Shown here piece after piece: positions 33,031 through 46,200 of a stretch of 64,000 bases of DNA (position 1 is its first letter; every line of letters starts with the position of its first letter). The translations under genes were made by a program, and so were the position numbers. This DNA comes from Lytechinus pictus (Eukaryota). The notes beneath the pieces were generated by a model. That model was not told the origin of the DNA, did no database searches, and saw nothing but the letters and a program-made list of their open reading frames with translations. The DNA is taken from positions 35,032,001 through 35,096,000 of the forward strand of contig NC_087251.1 of NCBI RefSeq assembly GCF_037042905.1, given 5' to 3'.

Positions 33031-33566
33031 AGAATAAAACGATGATCGTGTGTTTTTCATTTCTTTCTTAATTATGGACCAAAAGTAAATAATTAAATTA
33101 ACGCTGCTATACATTGGGATTCTTCTCATAATTGTTTTGCTAAATTATTGGAAGGATGAGAAATATATCAAACAGCAACAACAGCATGAGCTAAAAGAAG
33201 AAGTCAGACAAGTCAAGTGTCTTCCTTCTCTGTGACTTCCGTATTCGGTAGACTGATCATCATCACTCTTGCGTTTTACGTGATGTAGACATTCACCTTG
33301 AAGTATTATCCAATTTCTTTTATGATTGACCCATGTCTCGTTCTAAACCTCCAGGCTCAATTAGAAATCAATAAACTTTATTTAGCCCAGTGAAACGGAA
33401 AAGAAGATCAGCTGTTGTGGAGATAAATGTAATTTGATTTATTTGGAGTATATATTCATATTAGTGTCCTTTTCAGTGGGGACGGCTTCCTGGCAGGGCG
33501 AATACACCAGTTTTTAGATAATTTTAAATACTTTATGTGTTTTAGGGCGTTTTATATTCCATTCAT

Positions 33567-35065
33567 CCCAGCTGGAAAGAACACAATGCCACACAGTGTG
33601 TTCACACTGTACACAGTTTGTTCATAGTGTATTAAATATTGGACTATGCGAAGATGCGATTCAAACTGCTAAAACGGTAAAATTAAGCAGTGTAAAAGTA
33701 ATTTCACACTGTGGGCACCTCTACAATGTGAGTGTTCACACTGTCTTCACAGTATGTTCGCATAGTGGACCATGTGGAGATGTCATTCACACTGATAAAA
33801 AGCTTAAAATATAATAGTGTGAAGATGATTTCACACTGTGAACATCCCAACAATAAGAGTAGACACAGACTGATCACAGTATATTCAAATTTAACACTGT
33901 TTAAGTGGACTATTTGATAATGTCATTCAAACTGTTAAAAATGTTCAAATTTAATAGTGTAATGGTAATTTCACACTGTGGACATTTCTGCAATGTGAAT
34001 GTTCACACTGTCTTCACAGTGTATTCACACATAGGACTTTGTGAAGATGCGTTTCAAACTGTAAAATGCTCAAATTTAATAGTGTGAAGATGATTTCACA
34101 CTGTGAACATCCCAACAATAAGAGTAGAGACACAGACTGATCACAGTATATTCTTACAGTGGACTGTTTGAAAATGTTATTCAAACTATTAACATGTTCA
34201 AATTTAACACTGTTTAAGTGGACTATTTGATGTCATTCAAACTGTTAAAAATGTTCAAATTTAATAGTGTAATGGTAATTTCACACTGTGGACATTTCTA
34301 CAATGTGAGTGTTCACACTGTCTTCACAGTGTATTCACACATAGGACTTTGTGAAGATGCGGTTGAAACTGTAAAATACTCAAATTTGATAGTGTGTAGA
34401 TGATATCATACTGTGGACACCTCGGTAGTGTGTGTGTGTTCACAGTGGATTCTTGCAGTGGATTGTGTGAAAATGTGATTCGCGCTGATGATAAAATACC
34501 TTAATTTCATAGTGCTAAAATAATTTCAGACTGTGGACACTTCGGTAGTGTGTATGTGTTCACAGTGCATTCTTGCAGTGGATTGTGTGAAAATAGGATT
34601 CGCGCTGATGATAAAATAACTTAATTTCATAGTGTTAAAATAATTTCAGACTGTGGACACTTCGGTAGTGTGTATGTGTTCACAGTGCATTCTTGCAGTG
34701 GATTGTGTGAAAATGTGATTCGTGCTGATGATAAAATACCTTAATTTGATAGTGTTAAAATAATTTCAGACTGTGGACACTTCGGAAGTGTGTGTGTGTT
34801 CACAGTGTATTCTTATCATGGCTACGTGGAGATGTGTTTCACACTATTAAAACGCTCAATTTCAACTGCGTGAAGATAATTTCACACTGTGGACACCTCG
34901 ATACTGTGAGTTTTCACAGTGTGTTTACAATGCATTGTTTTAGTGAACTACGTATAAATGTGGTTCACACTATTAAAGTGCTCAAATTTAGCAGTGTGGA
35001 GATGATTTCACGTTGTTGTCCACACTGTGAACACACTGTGGGACACTGTGTTCTTTTCAAGAGGG
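33567..35065. mobile_element. EnSpm/CMC-like non-autonomous element filled with ~120-125-bp tandem repeats
   Basis: CCC..GGG ends; ~45-bp imperfect TIR (cccagctggaaagaacaca / tgtgttcttttcaagaggg); 2-bp TSD AT; period-120 units at 34400-34800. Confidence 0.8.
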
Positions 35066-36350
35066 ATACTTCCAGTGAAGTCAGGATTAATACGTTGATA
35101 TCAAGGAGATCTCAACACAAATATCCCCATGTTATTATTCCTTTATTCCATGTGATCTTTGTCTTTGTCTATTTTTTGTTTTGTTTACACGTTTTCAAAA
35201 TTCGTTGAAGTATGATATCGCAACCTCTTTTTACAAAATATTATACAAATATGATTTTCAAATACATATTAATATTCATCAGTATAATCGATAATCATGA
35301 CTATCAATAATTTCTTATTATAAACCTGACTTGTATATGCTGTAAATTATAAATAGGTTTTATCATGTTTCATTTGTATATGTGAATACCCTTCTTTATT
35401 TTAATATATATTTAATTTTGTATTGATCATTTTTGTAGGTATCTTATCTCCTTACCTTATTTTCAATTTATGGTAGCCTGAATGCTTCGTTTTCTTTTCT
35501 GATATGCTTTATAAATATGTAGATCTGAATATAAACGATATACCTTTTCATCTACCTCACCGTCAGAAACAGAATAAACGCTTGCTGGACATGCTAAGAT
35601 ATTTTACGATCAACGAACATCAAAAAGTTCAACTCTGATTAAGACCATGTGTTTCACAATGCCCACGTGCCTTCGTGTGTGTCATGTATCATAACATACC
35701 AACATGTTTAAGGGACGATAATGTTTCATTGCCATGCCTTTAAAGTGTATCATATAGTTCAATCATTCGAATTCACAGCTCTGTTTACTCAAACACTTGA
35801 ATCCGTTCTTAAAGTCTATATGCATTTAGAATTGTCAAATAACGCCCCTCGATCTTCGTCAACTACCAAGCACAAACCACTAATCCAGTCGAGCTTCTTC
35901 ATTTTCTTCCAATTTTAGAGATAACCTATAGGACCATGTTTATAGACCATTCGTATATTCTTTGCTGAATTCATTCTAATTCCTCCAATAAGAATAGTTT
36001 TAGAGTTTATCCATCAATATTTGAGAAAAAAAATCGTATCTATAAGCCCCACTCATCTGCCAATAAAAGATGCCATCAGTGTGTGTTTGACCATGGACCT
36101 GGTTTTAATGATTAAAAGACCATCCTATATTTTTTGTTCTGCTTCATCACAAGTGGGTTTTAGCTTTATTAATGAATTTCAATCCAATCTTTGATTTCAG
36201 TTTGTTGTTTTTATTTTGATAAGAAAAAAAATCATATAAATTACAAATTGCTACGTGTGCATGGTAACCCATTTTCAGCTGGAACTATGATTGTTGCTGC
36301 TAGTCTGCCGTGGGACCGGTACATAATTTCATGTAAAAAAAATGTTTAGT

Positions 36351-36400
36351 TTAAAGGTCAAGTCTACCCCCAAAATGTTTATTTGAATAAATAGAGACAA
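36351..36400 (+). mobile_element. Left-end fragment of a Kolobok-like element
   Basis: TTAA followed by aggtcaagtctacccc; assignment from recalled family ends only. Confidence 0.35.
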
Positions 36401-36580
36401 ATGACATAACGCTTACCGCCAGTCATGTTGCATTTTAAATTAAATAATACCTTGACTTTGATTGGCCTCTCAGCAGTGAAACTGGTCAAAGTTAGTATAA
36501 GCATAGTAAACATGATCTTATGGAAATATAAATGTTGTCCAAGAAGCTTTAATGTGGACCGTCTTGAACCATGCGATGAA

Positions 36581-36785
36581 ATACATTTAAAAAACTCCAG
36601 TGTTGATTTACCACCAGGAAAGTGTTAAACAACTCCAGTTTGGTTTGGTCTAACACCAGATAGATGTTTATACAACACCAATTAGTATTAAAACCGCATC
36701 GATTTGATTCCAATTGGGTGTTGTTTCATGGTATGGACATATATAGATTCCGGGCTGGTGTAAATCAACACCGGAGTTTTATACA
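36581..36785. mobile_element. MITE
   Basis: IR aaaactccagtgttgattta / taaatcaacaccggagtttt. Confidence 0.65.
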
Positions 36786-39700
36786 TAAACGTAATCGCAT
36801 TTTCCCTTTTTTTTTTTTTTGGGGGGGGGGGGTAGAATAGAGACTTAATATCATCTAATCCCTTGTCAATCTGAGCTACTTTGTGTCCTCGAATCGTTGC
36901 ACTTGAGTTGCCATTATCACATCTTATCCCCTTTACAAATATTTAAGATCTAAATATTTGGCAACGATTGCGTTTCTGGGATACCGTTATAAGAGATGAT
37001 GATTGGGGAGGGGGTACATGACTTATAGAAAAAGGGTTTCGGCTGCTTATTGAATGTGACCTTCATCGGCGAAACGCCATTAGGCAGGGTGACGCTAGAG
37101 GGAGGGGGGTCAAGGGGGGGGGGGTGACCATTCCTTATGATTCTTAAAGTAGTGAACAGGGGAAAATAGAAAAAAAATGAGAGGAAAATAATCGAAGAAG
37201 AAAATGTGTTTTAAAAACGGATGGGTATGATTCGCGGAACCATAAATTCGTTGTAAGTCCATGATTCCACTGACTTACCTCCTGTAAAAAGTACTGTGGC
37301 GCCGCCCTACCATTGGACGTCGGAAGGGGTGACAATGCCGCTTGAAGTGCTTTTGAAAAAAAAAATTTCTGCCTTCGAGGACTTTGTTGACTTTTCTATT
37401 CAGTAAGTTTTGAATCTTTTCATTTATACAAATCGATTAATAAAATGTCTGTAAATTACACGACTTATATATTATTTTTAAGTTGTCTCTGTAAATAAGA
37501 CATGTTACCACGTCATTAGAATACTCATGTATACATGATCTAAAAGCTATTTCTGAAGACATAAAAACAAAATACGTGTATGTTACTGTGACCAAATGAA
37601 AGCGAGGCAGAAATATGGTAGTTGGGAAGAATGGAAGTGTACGGTAGAAGCATGAAGTATTAGCAACAAAAATATTCAAAATCAATTGTGAATCCACCTC
37701 CTACTGTATATTCAATTAGTATTTACTCGGCTCAAGATTGTGTGACTTTATCATTTGGAATGTGATAAACTGTAATTTCTTCGAGTAACATGGGAATCGT
37801 TTTGTTGAAGTGCGAACAAGAATATAAGCAGTTCAGATTATTCGTCTGTATCCAAAGAGCAAATAGCTGTATGTGGTTTTGATAAGATAATTTCTCGGTT
37901 ATTGCTGTATAATGAACTGCCTGGGTTGATAATTGATCCATCAGTGTATTGGTTTTTTTTCTCCATTCCTTGGAGAAAAAATATCGTCATGAGAACATGA
38001 ATTTTCCTTGAAAATCTTTAAAAAAATTTCGTTCTACGTTCTGACGAAAATATCTTTGGAATGCGGTCATTATAGATATTATACACATAGGAAACGCACC
38101 GTGACACATGTTGCCGACATGATCAGGTGTTGTTTTGATGAGGATCGGTAGCTGGAACCACAGAGCTTGTGCATAACACACGAGGCACCTGTAAGCTAAT
38201 TATATAAGGAAAAATGTTGTTTTACTCGTCACTTGTTTGGTCACTTGCTTACTAATTTCTTAGATAAAACAAAACATTGATTTGTTGCTATCATAATGAC
38301 GGGATACAACACCGGTAATGTGAGGTTAGTATACTGAAAATATAATGAAGAACTTGAAACAAATAAGAAGATATAGATTGAGACAGGATGGGGTATAGAT
38401 AAAACCGTATTGAGTCATGTATTGTTTTATCATGGAATTATGACTCAGACATTGTTACGAATCCAAAAGAAATGTGATTTGATAGGGCATCGGAATCTCA
38501 AAACGCAAAGCCCACGCATTAGATGCCACAATGCCAAGTTTCGCTTCCACCTGCCATCGCGATAATGTCTTAAACATGAAGGACAGCAATAAGAGATTAA
38601 TCAAATTGATTTGAAAGTTTGTCGACTGATTTTGATTGTTCGACAGATGAAAGTCGGTCCAGAAGTAGTAGTGCATTTCCTACATTCTGGTGACATCCCC
38701 ATGATGTCTTTAATTTTAGTAAATTCACTTTGATGCATCAGTATTATCACCATGGTAACATTGAAAATAATAATAATAATAATAATAAGAGAAGTTAAAC
38801 AAACATCATAGAAGTCTTTCATTGTTAAAAATAACCACCGTTAATCTAGTTTAAATCAAGACTATTATCTCTTTCTATGATTTTGGGCGAGTCCCATCAT
38901 TCCTATGACTCTTTTCTAATTTTCTTGACCAAGTCAAAATTTCCTGTCTCTCATGTTTTATCATGTTTTGGATTGAGTTGGAGAACCTTCTTTTGCACCT
39001 TTTATAGACAGTTCTCTTAAAATTCGTGGCTTGTATATTCTTTCGGTATTGCCATTTGCGTCAAATTAATATCGCACCTCGTTCCATCAAACTGGTTTTG
39101 TTTTCCGAAGATTAAAAAAAAAAAAAAATTAGTGATAAGTGCAATTATTTAAGGGCAGCCATACGAACAGATAATTGTCTTTTGTAAGAATATTAAGTAG
39201 AATTATACTCAACTTTAAGTAATGGTTCAACGACATACAAGACGATAACAAGAGTTTTTTTCGGAAGGTTTCAAAGAGTATATCCACCCCCTTCCGCTTG
39301 TCGGTTAACCACATTGCAAATGGACCAAATTTTCGGAGTAAATTTTGGGGAATGTGGATAATCATGAATGAATGGTTCTGGTGGAGGATTGGTAGTAAGG
39401 ATTCCTTAATTCCTCCGTGCTGATGGAGATGTTGGGAATAGGTGCCTCCATACGAGCCCAGAGTTCACCAACTCCACAATGGAATATCATAAGTTGCCAT
39501 GTGTCCAACGTAAACAAATGCAAACAAAATTACCTCAGGCAAGGTGAACGTGAACTGAGTTTAGCGTCGGGCAGGGTCGATACAATTGATATTGTTATAC
39601 GATTTCCTGATGAAAATTGTTACCAGTTACACGATTTGCTCTATCTCTTAGTGATAGTCACAAAGAACAACACACCAACTCGGTAGAATCTTTATTTTCA

Positions 39701-40210
39701 ATTTATTTACAAATTTCTGGTTGCTTTTAGATCATGAATCCAAATAAAAGATGTTATTGATTTTTAATACTATCGTGAACGGTTAAAATGAGCAATTTCC
39801 ACATTGGATTTTTGCGGGTTATACTTTTCATAAGTATTAAATAAAACAAACTATCACACGTTTTGTGCTACCCCGCGCCATTCGTGTAAAAAAATGTATG
39901 TATACTTCCACTTATATTTATGTTTGTATTCAAGTCATTTTCACTTCCATGAGAATCATTTTTGAAACCTACTCTACCTTTAATTCCACGGACAGTGATG
40001 ATGAATAAGGAATATTACCTCTGACTCTACTTACCTTGCATCTGGTGCCAATAACCAGATACATGAATCAGGGACCTGGGAACGATTTTTTCAGTGGGGG
40101 TGCTGAAATCTCTCCTCAAAGATGGGGGGGAGGGGACACAATTGAGTTTTCCATAATTACACACACACATACACCTCTAAGGGCACCACATACACACCCA
40201 CCAACCCACG

Positions 40211-40250
<40 letters not shown>

Positions 40251-40559
40251 ATATATACATATATGACAGTTACTTCTTAGCTTTCTTCTTATAAAAGAAC
40301 AAAGATATACTGTATAATTAGATAACTCGATAACTGAAGCGCGAGCTATTTTTTTGGGGGAAATTTTATGTATTTTGTCCTGAAAATGAACATTTTGAGC
40401 AATGTTTGTGGTCCTGAACAAGATAAGTATGTAACAAATAATAACTGCGAACGCGATCAGATATTTTTTTTAGATACGCTCTGGTCTGATCGAAAGTGAA
40501 CTGTTATAAGGACTGTTTGCAGTAACCCATTAAGACGATACACATATCAACAATCAAAT

Positions 40560-40980
40560 AATGGGAGTGCGAAGCGCGAGCGGAAATAAAAATGAGATTC
40601 AGACCTAAAAACGGGACATCTTAAGCACTTTTCTAATCATGAACAGGATAGGTTTATATTACTATACAATTGATGCGAGCGGGAAGCGCGAGCGGAAATA
40701 AAAATGAGATTTCAGACCTAAAAACAGGACATCTTAAGCACTTTTCTAATCATGAACAGGTTAGGTATATAACTATTCAATTGATGCGAGCGCTAAGCGC
40801 GACCGGAAACAAAATTGAGATTTCATACCAAAAAACGAGACATTCTAAGCACTTTTCTAATCATGAACAGGATAGGTATAATTGTAACTATACAATTGAT
40901 GCGAGCGCCAAGCGCGAGCGGAAACAAAATTAATATTTCAGACCTATAATCGGGACATTCTATTCATGTTTTGTAAATCA
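40560..40980. repeat. 111-115-bp tandem repeat, about 3.5 copies, inside the hAT-like element
   Basis: cggaaa anchor at 40581, 40693, 40804, 40919; gcgagcgcgaagcgcgagc hairpin motif. Confidence 0.85.
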
Positions 40981-41069
40981 AGAAAATGATGGGTAATTGG
41001 ATATATTCGTACATGAATAATGTGAGCGCGAAGCGCGAGCAGAAAATTTTTGATATTCTGATCTGAAAC

Positions 41070-41915
41070 TCCACACTGAATTTAATAAGGTTTGAACAGA
41101 TAAAGAAAAAATCCGACAAGGAATATCAAAGTTATTGCATTTTAAAGATTAGTATTATTCCGGTGAAACAATTTTAAGCATGTCTTCATTAATATTCAAT
41201 GAGCAAACTGATGATGTCATATCCCCACTTTTTCTTTTGTATTTTATTATATAAAATTAGATTTATTCAATATTTTCCCTTCCAGAACCAAAAACAGTTG
41301 AATTGACAACTGATTTAGTCTATGAGATATTCTTTGCTGCAACTTATTTCATTATAAGGGAGACATATCTTTCACACTGGTATGAAAAAATGAAAAAATT
41401 TGATTCCATGTAATAACACAAGAAACAGGATAGTGAGGATGTGACATCTTCAACCCACATGGGCGGAAATCCGAGAGGGGACAGGGGGACGTGTCCTCCC
41501 TACCAAAATAGTAGGGGGACACAATATCAAATGTCCCCCTTACTAGTTTTGGTCCTTCATGGAGAAAAATACATCACTTCACAATCGAAATAATACCTTT
41601 TGGACTAAATGACCTTACATTTTGGGTGAAAACCTTTTTTTTTGGGGGGGGGGGGGAGGGGGGGCTTGTCAAATTTTGTTAGGGTTAAAATGACCTTACA
41701 TTTAGGGTGATCCCTTTTTTTTTGCTCGTCAAATTTTCCAGTCCCTGGTCCCCCTACCTTTGGGGACAGATTTCCGCCCATGTCAACCCACTTATTAAAT
41801 ATTCATGACGACATGCATATCACCATTTTCATTAAATATTGCTAAACTTTAGAATTAAATAACTTAACTATTTGTTATCAGATTTTCATAAAATTGAATT
41901 TGATATAAATATTTT
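41070..41915. mobile_element. Internal fragment of another DNA element (Kolobok-like) nested in the hAT-like element
   Basis: interrupts the host's tandem motif; gatgtcat..ccac motifs; itself split by a MITE; family from recall only. Confidence 0.45.
41458..41782. mobile_element. 325-bp hAT-like MITE
   Basis: TIR catgggcggaaatc / gatttccgcccatg; 8-bp TSD TCAACCCA (41450-41457 and 41783-41790). Confidence 0.92.
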
Positions 41916-42759
41916 CAGCCCGGAGTAGCCCCAAAACAAGCTGCGTATCTGAATAAACATGCGTGCGCGTGTTTATAGTAAGACCTAGTATCTGGGCATT
42001 CACATTTTTTATTATAAAAATCAATAATGCGAGCGCGAAGCGCGAGCAGAAAATATTTGATATTCCGATCTGAAAAAGGGTGAATTTAAACACTATTTTA
42101 AGTACTGTGTCGGAAAATTCTGAAGTGGGGGAGGGGGGGTTACAAAACGTCGTTCATTTTCATTACATTTCTGTCATTTATCAACTTATACCACTAAATT
42201 TCCAGGAGGTGCTGTCTATGGAAAATAACACATGCAGCACCCCCAGCACCCGCGCTTCCCAGGGCCATGGGGCAGGGCGAAAAAGACTGAAATTTTATTT
42301 CTGTTGTCTGACTTGGAATCGTTTATACAAAACACGGCGCGCGCACACTTGATTCGACATAAAACATGGAAGTTCCAAGTCCAACCACACCCTTATCCCA
42401 TATGTCCCTCCCTGCTATGCTATCAAGTAGTGTGTAAACTATGATTATCACGTATCGCGCGCGACCACGTATGTATCGGAGTGCCGGAGCTTGATTGAGT
42501 CGCGTTATATGAGGGATGTTATTGGATATGTGAAAGACTACTGTATGTAAATGATTTGCGATTGTCGGATGTGATAATAATGTACATTATAACATATATA
42601 CAAAATACAAACTGAAAGGGAACCTGATTTCGTGGGGGTGCTGCCTATGGAAAATAATACACGCAGCACCCCCAAGAAAATTTCTGGGGGTGCTTCAGCA
42701 CCCCCAGCACCCCCGCTTCCCAGGTCCCTGACATGAATGGAGATACAACGTGCCGTGTA

Positions 42760-42890
42760 AGACCACAGTCACATCAACGAAACCGATTCCAAACCGACCG
42801 AGGGACTGTCATTCATTGTACAGTTGTCATAAACGTAACCGATTTGGTCGGTTTGGGTTGGTTTCGCCGGTATATTATGACGGTCATTCA
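42760..42890. mobile_element. Degenerate MITE
   Basis: IR gaaaccgattccaaaccgacc / ggtcggtttgggttggtttc. Confidence 0.45.
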
Positions 42891-43082
42891 GTATTTAAAA
42901 GTTTGGTTTATTTTTTCGTTGTTGTTTAAGAGCTGTATACGGTATGAAAAAGGGAATCATTTGGAAATTGGAAGACATGAAGCGCAGATATATGAATGTG
43001 ATCTGCCTATGGTGCGCTCAAAAACCCCACACAGACACCCACATAGGTCTAAGTACTCTTTCGCGTATGGGTGTGTGTGAAA

Positions 43083-43253
43083 ACACACGCACACACAGTC
43101 CCTGGGACACCGATATCACGAACACACTTCCAGGCGTGCACACACACACACACACACCCTCACACAAACACACACACACACACACCGACGCCTATCCCAC
43201 ACTCACAAACTCCTTCCACACACACACACACGCACCCACATGTACACAGACAC
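43083..43253. repeat. Degenerate (CA)n microsatellite
   Basis: direct composition. Confidence 0.8.
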
Positions 43254-46200
43254 ATTTTCCGCCAGTAGATCATATGTTTAAATCAAGAATAACGAGGGGA
43301 TAGCAAAAAACACAAAAATAGTTGCTGGGAGACCAACTCTCGAAATAGACACGATACATTGATAGATTGATGGGTACTCTATTCGAAATCCAGCATAAAT
43401 TTTCTTCCCTGTCGATAGCTAGGTACAGCGTTCTTACCTTTCCAAGGAGAAGAACTACAACTTATAAAATAATTCCTGACAATAGTCGTCATATCCGAAA
43501 CATGGCCCTACCGTCTTACCGAGCTTCCTACTGCAGTTTGACGTGAGAAACAAACGGTTTTCTACTCTTCAAAAGAGATGTCATATTCCCCATTTTTTGC
43601 AAACTCAGAGTAGCCCTATGAGTCAAAGAAACCTTTCGAAACTCTCATGTCATGCTTGGGGACACTTAAGAAAATGACATACCTTCTATTCAATATCCTA
43701 TTCATATGTTGTTTATATTTCTAAACAAATACACCCGTAGCTTCTGGTAGGAATTAAGATGTCTAATCATTTATAAGAATTCTAGATGCTTAGCTGTTTG
43801 CCTATAATTCGTTTTTTTTTTCATTACCTTCTAAATTATTCAACTGTACAGATTTTTATTTCCCACATTTTTTTTCCATTTCAATGTGATTATAGCTTGC
43901 AAAAAATACACATTACCTTTATACAAAATATAGTATATCGAACCACATTGCGCTTTTTTCAATGCTGCAATCAATATGAATATTAGGTCTTACATATAGT
44001 GATATGATCAAATACAATGGTGGTGAAATCTTTAGTGTATATCATAATTGTATACATTTAGTTTATTTGGATAATAATTTTCCCAGAACACTTTTATTTT
44101 CTCTAATATTATGAATGAACGGAAAGAATGCTAACGAGCCATTTCCCGGAACTGACAGATTGTAGGACACAATCTGTAATCATAAATGTTCCAAAGCTTT
44201 CGTGATGAATTAAGAAATGTCACCGCCAATTCTATGACATCCGAATTGAAAATGGCTGCCAAAACCCCCCTATACCAGCCCCGGTTTGTTACCTTTAGAT
44301 AATAACATAATTATTCTCTTGAATATCTAACGACGTTACCCCGGAGTCATGCAGTTCTTCGAAATTATGCTATGTTACATCTTTGTCTGTCTTCTCGCCA
44401 TTTTAAGTCCCTTTCGATCATCGGTGCCAAGAATGAAACCACCTACACGACGCACCTGACATGCCTGAAATAGTATTATTGATCCATATTTCATTGTTAA
44501 CTGGGCCAAAGATATAACTTTTCGTCTACCACCGATAAGATCGAAAAATTTAGGCCTAATCCACGATTAACCATAATCGACCACCTCTGATCTCGGCTGT
44601 TTTTATTGGCGTCTTGTACCATCGGGAAAACGAAAAATTGGACTTGGATGATGGAAGTCTGATTGGAACTTAGTTTGAAGGTGTAGAATATAGATGAGAT
44701 TCATTAAAATATACAAATTAGCAGAGAAACAAGGGCTACCCTCATTATATTCAAGTTCAAAATCAATGTAAACCATGTTTTTTGCATAAATAAAATGTGA
44801 GATCTATTTCTCTTTAAACCATGAAAACTGTGGGGTGGTTATCCGAAGTTTTTAAACCATTTATCTCATATGAATTTTGGCTCAGATTGAGTTGAATATT
44901 AGGTTACGAAACCAGTCTGTCCTTAGCTTTATTGGCTGGTGACATGCTTTATTATGCTTGATGTACATTCACTTTAATGAAATATGAAAATCAATAGGGT
45001 GTTAATATGATAAACCACTTTTTAGTAATATCCAGCCAAAAATATGATTAACTGGGCGTTGTCAGTCATATCGCGTTACAGTTGTACTGGACTTGTGAAT
45101 CGTTCTAACCAATATGAAGTACATGTTCCCTTATGGTAAAAGAGTGAAAAGATACCTATTAAGACTGAAGTCCAACTCTGCACTGGACATGTTGGACATT
45201 TTGTGTGTGTGATTTAAGTGCTTTCCTCGAAGAAACAGCACTCTTAAAAGAATGATAATTTGCTCTACCTTTGTCATATTTGTTATATAAGAAGACGTTG
45301 TGGGTTTATTTCTTGTTCACAAAGCTAATTAAAATAACAATAAACTTCAAGGGTAACTTTTGCATAATGATTCAATAACCCATCGCTAATGATAAAATAA
45401 GGGTGAAATCCGAATAGATATATGAGAAATCAGATGGTAGAATCACGGGAGCAACATGGGCTCGGTATTTGCCCAATAACCAGACAACATTTGGATGCTT
45501 ACACTCGCGTCGATGATTATAGACGAGTTGGTTATCAAGCATGCTAGTCTAATTCGACATTGAGCAGACTCGCTCTACTGGCATGGCTAGTGCAGTAGGA
45601 AGAAGGCCATTGATGGAATAACTTCAAAGGAATCACGAAAGCCCATTTAATAATCTCTTCTTTACATTCACCGAGGAAGAAACTTTGTATTGACGTACCG
45701 CGACTTTGAAATAAAATAAGAACTGACTGCTCGAGAGTAACCACTTTAGGTATATTAAACTAGGATCTGTGAACAGTTTAGCAAATGAGCGTGTGACGCC
45801 ACTGTTGACAGGTAAACGTCAAATACACAAGGCAGCATGGTTTAATTATAAATCTTACACGTGATCAATATGTCTAGAATTTTCTATATGCAATTCATGC
45901 AGGTTAACAACATGTATGCCAACATATCTTTGCATTCGACAAGTCCGAAGTAATTAGTGAAAGTTCTAACATTGAGGTGATAACGCAGAGCAATGATCTG
46001 TTTCTGTCGAAGATCTAGAAAGTAGGACTTGATGGTGACTTGTCATTTCTTCACCATTTTCTCTTCATCAATATTACTGGTCAAAATTTTAGCTTATGGT
46101 GACATGTCATCAAACTCTTCTCAAGGCATCAAATCTTATTTAATGCCCCGGAGTACGGCACTTGCACCGTGTTACCTCCAATGACTAGATTGGAATTAAA

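Larger units (their letters stand above)
40069..42730. mobile_element. 2662-bp hAT-like non-autonomous element
   Basis: 13-bp TIR cagggacctggga / tcccaggtccctg; 8-bp TSD ACATGAAT (40061-40068 and 42731-42738). Confidence 0.9.

Noticed and set aside
32746..33129. 127-aa poly-Ile ORF
   Set aside because: Translation of an (ATT)n microsatellite.
33596..35208. His/Cys-rich ORFs resembling zinc fingers, and possible functional RSS sites
   Set aside because: The ORFs are translations of a tandem repeat with frequent stops, and no nonamer with 12/23 spacing was seen.
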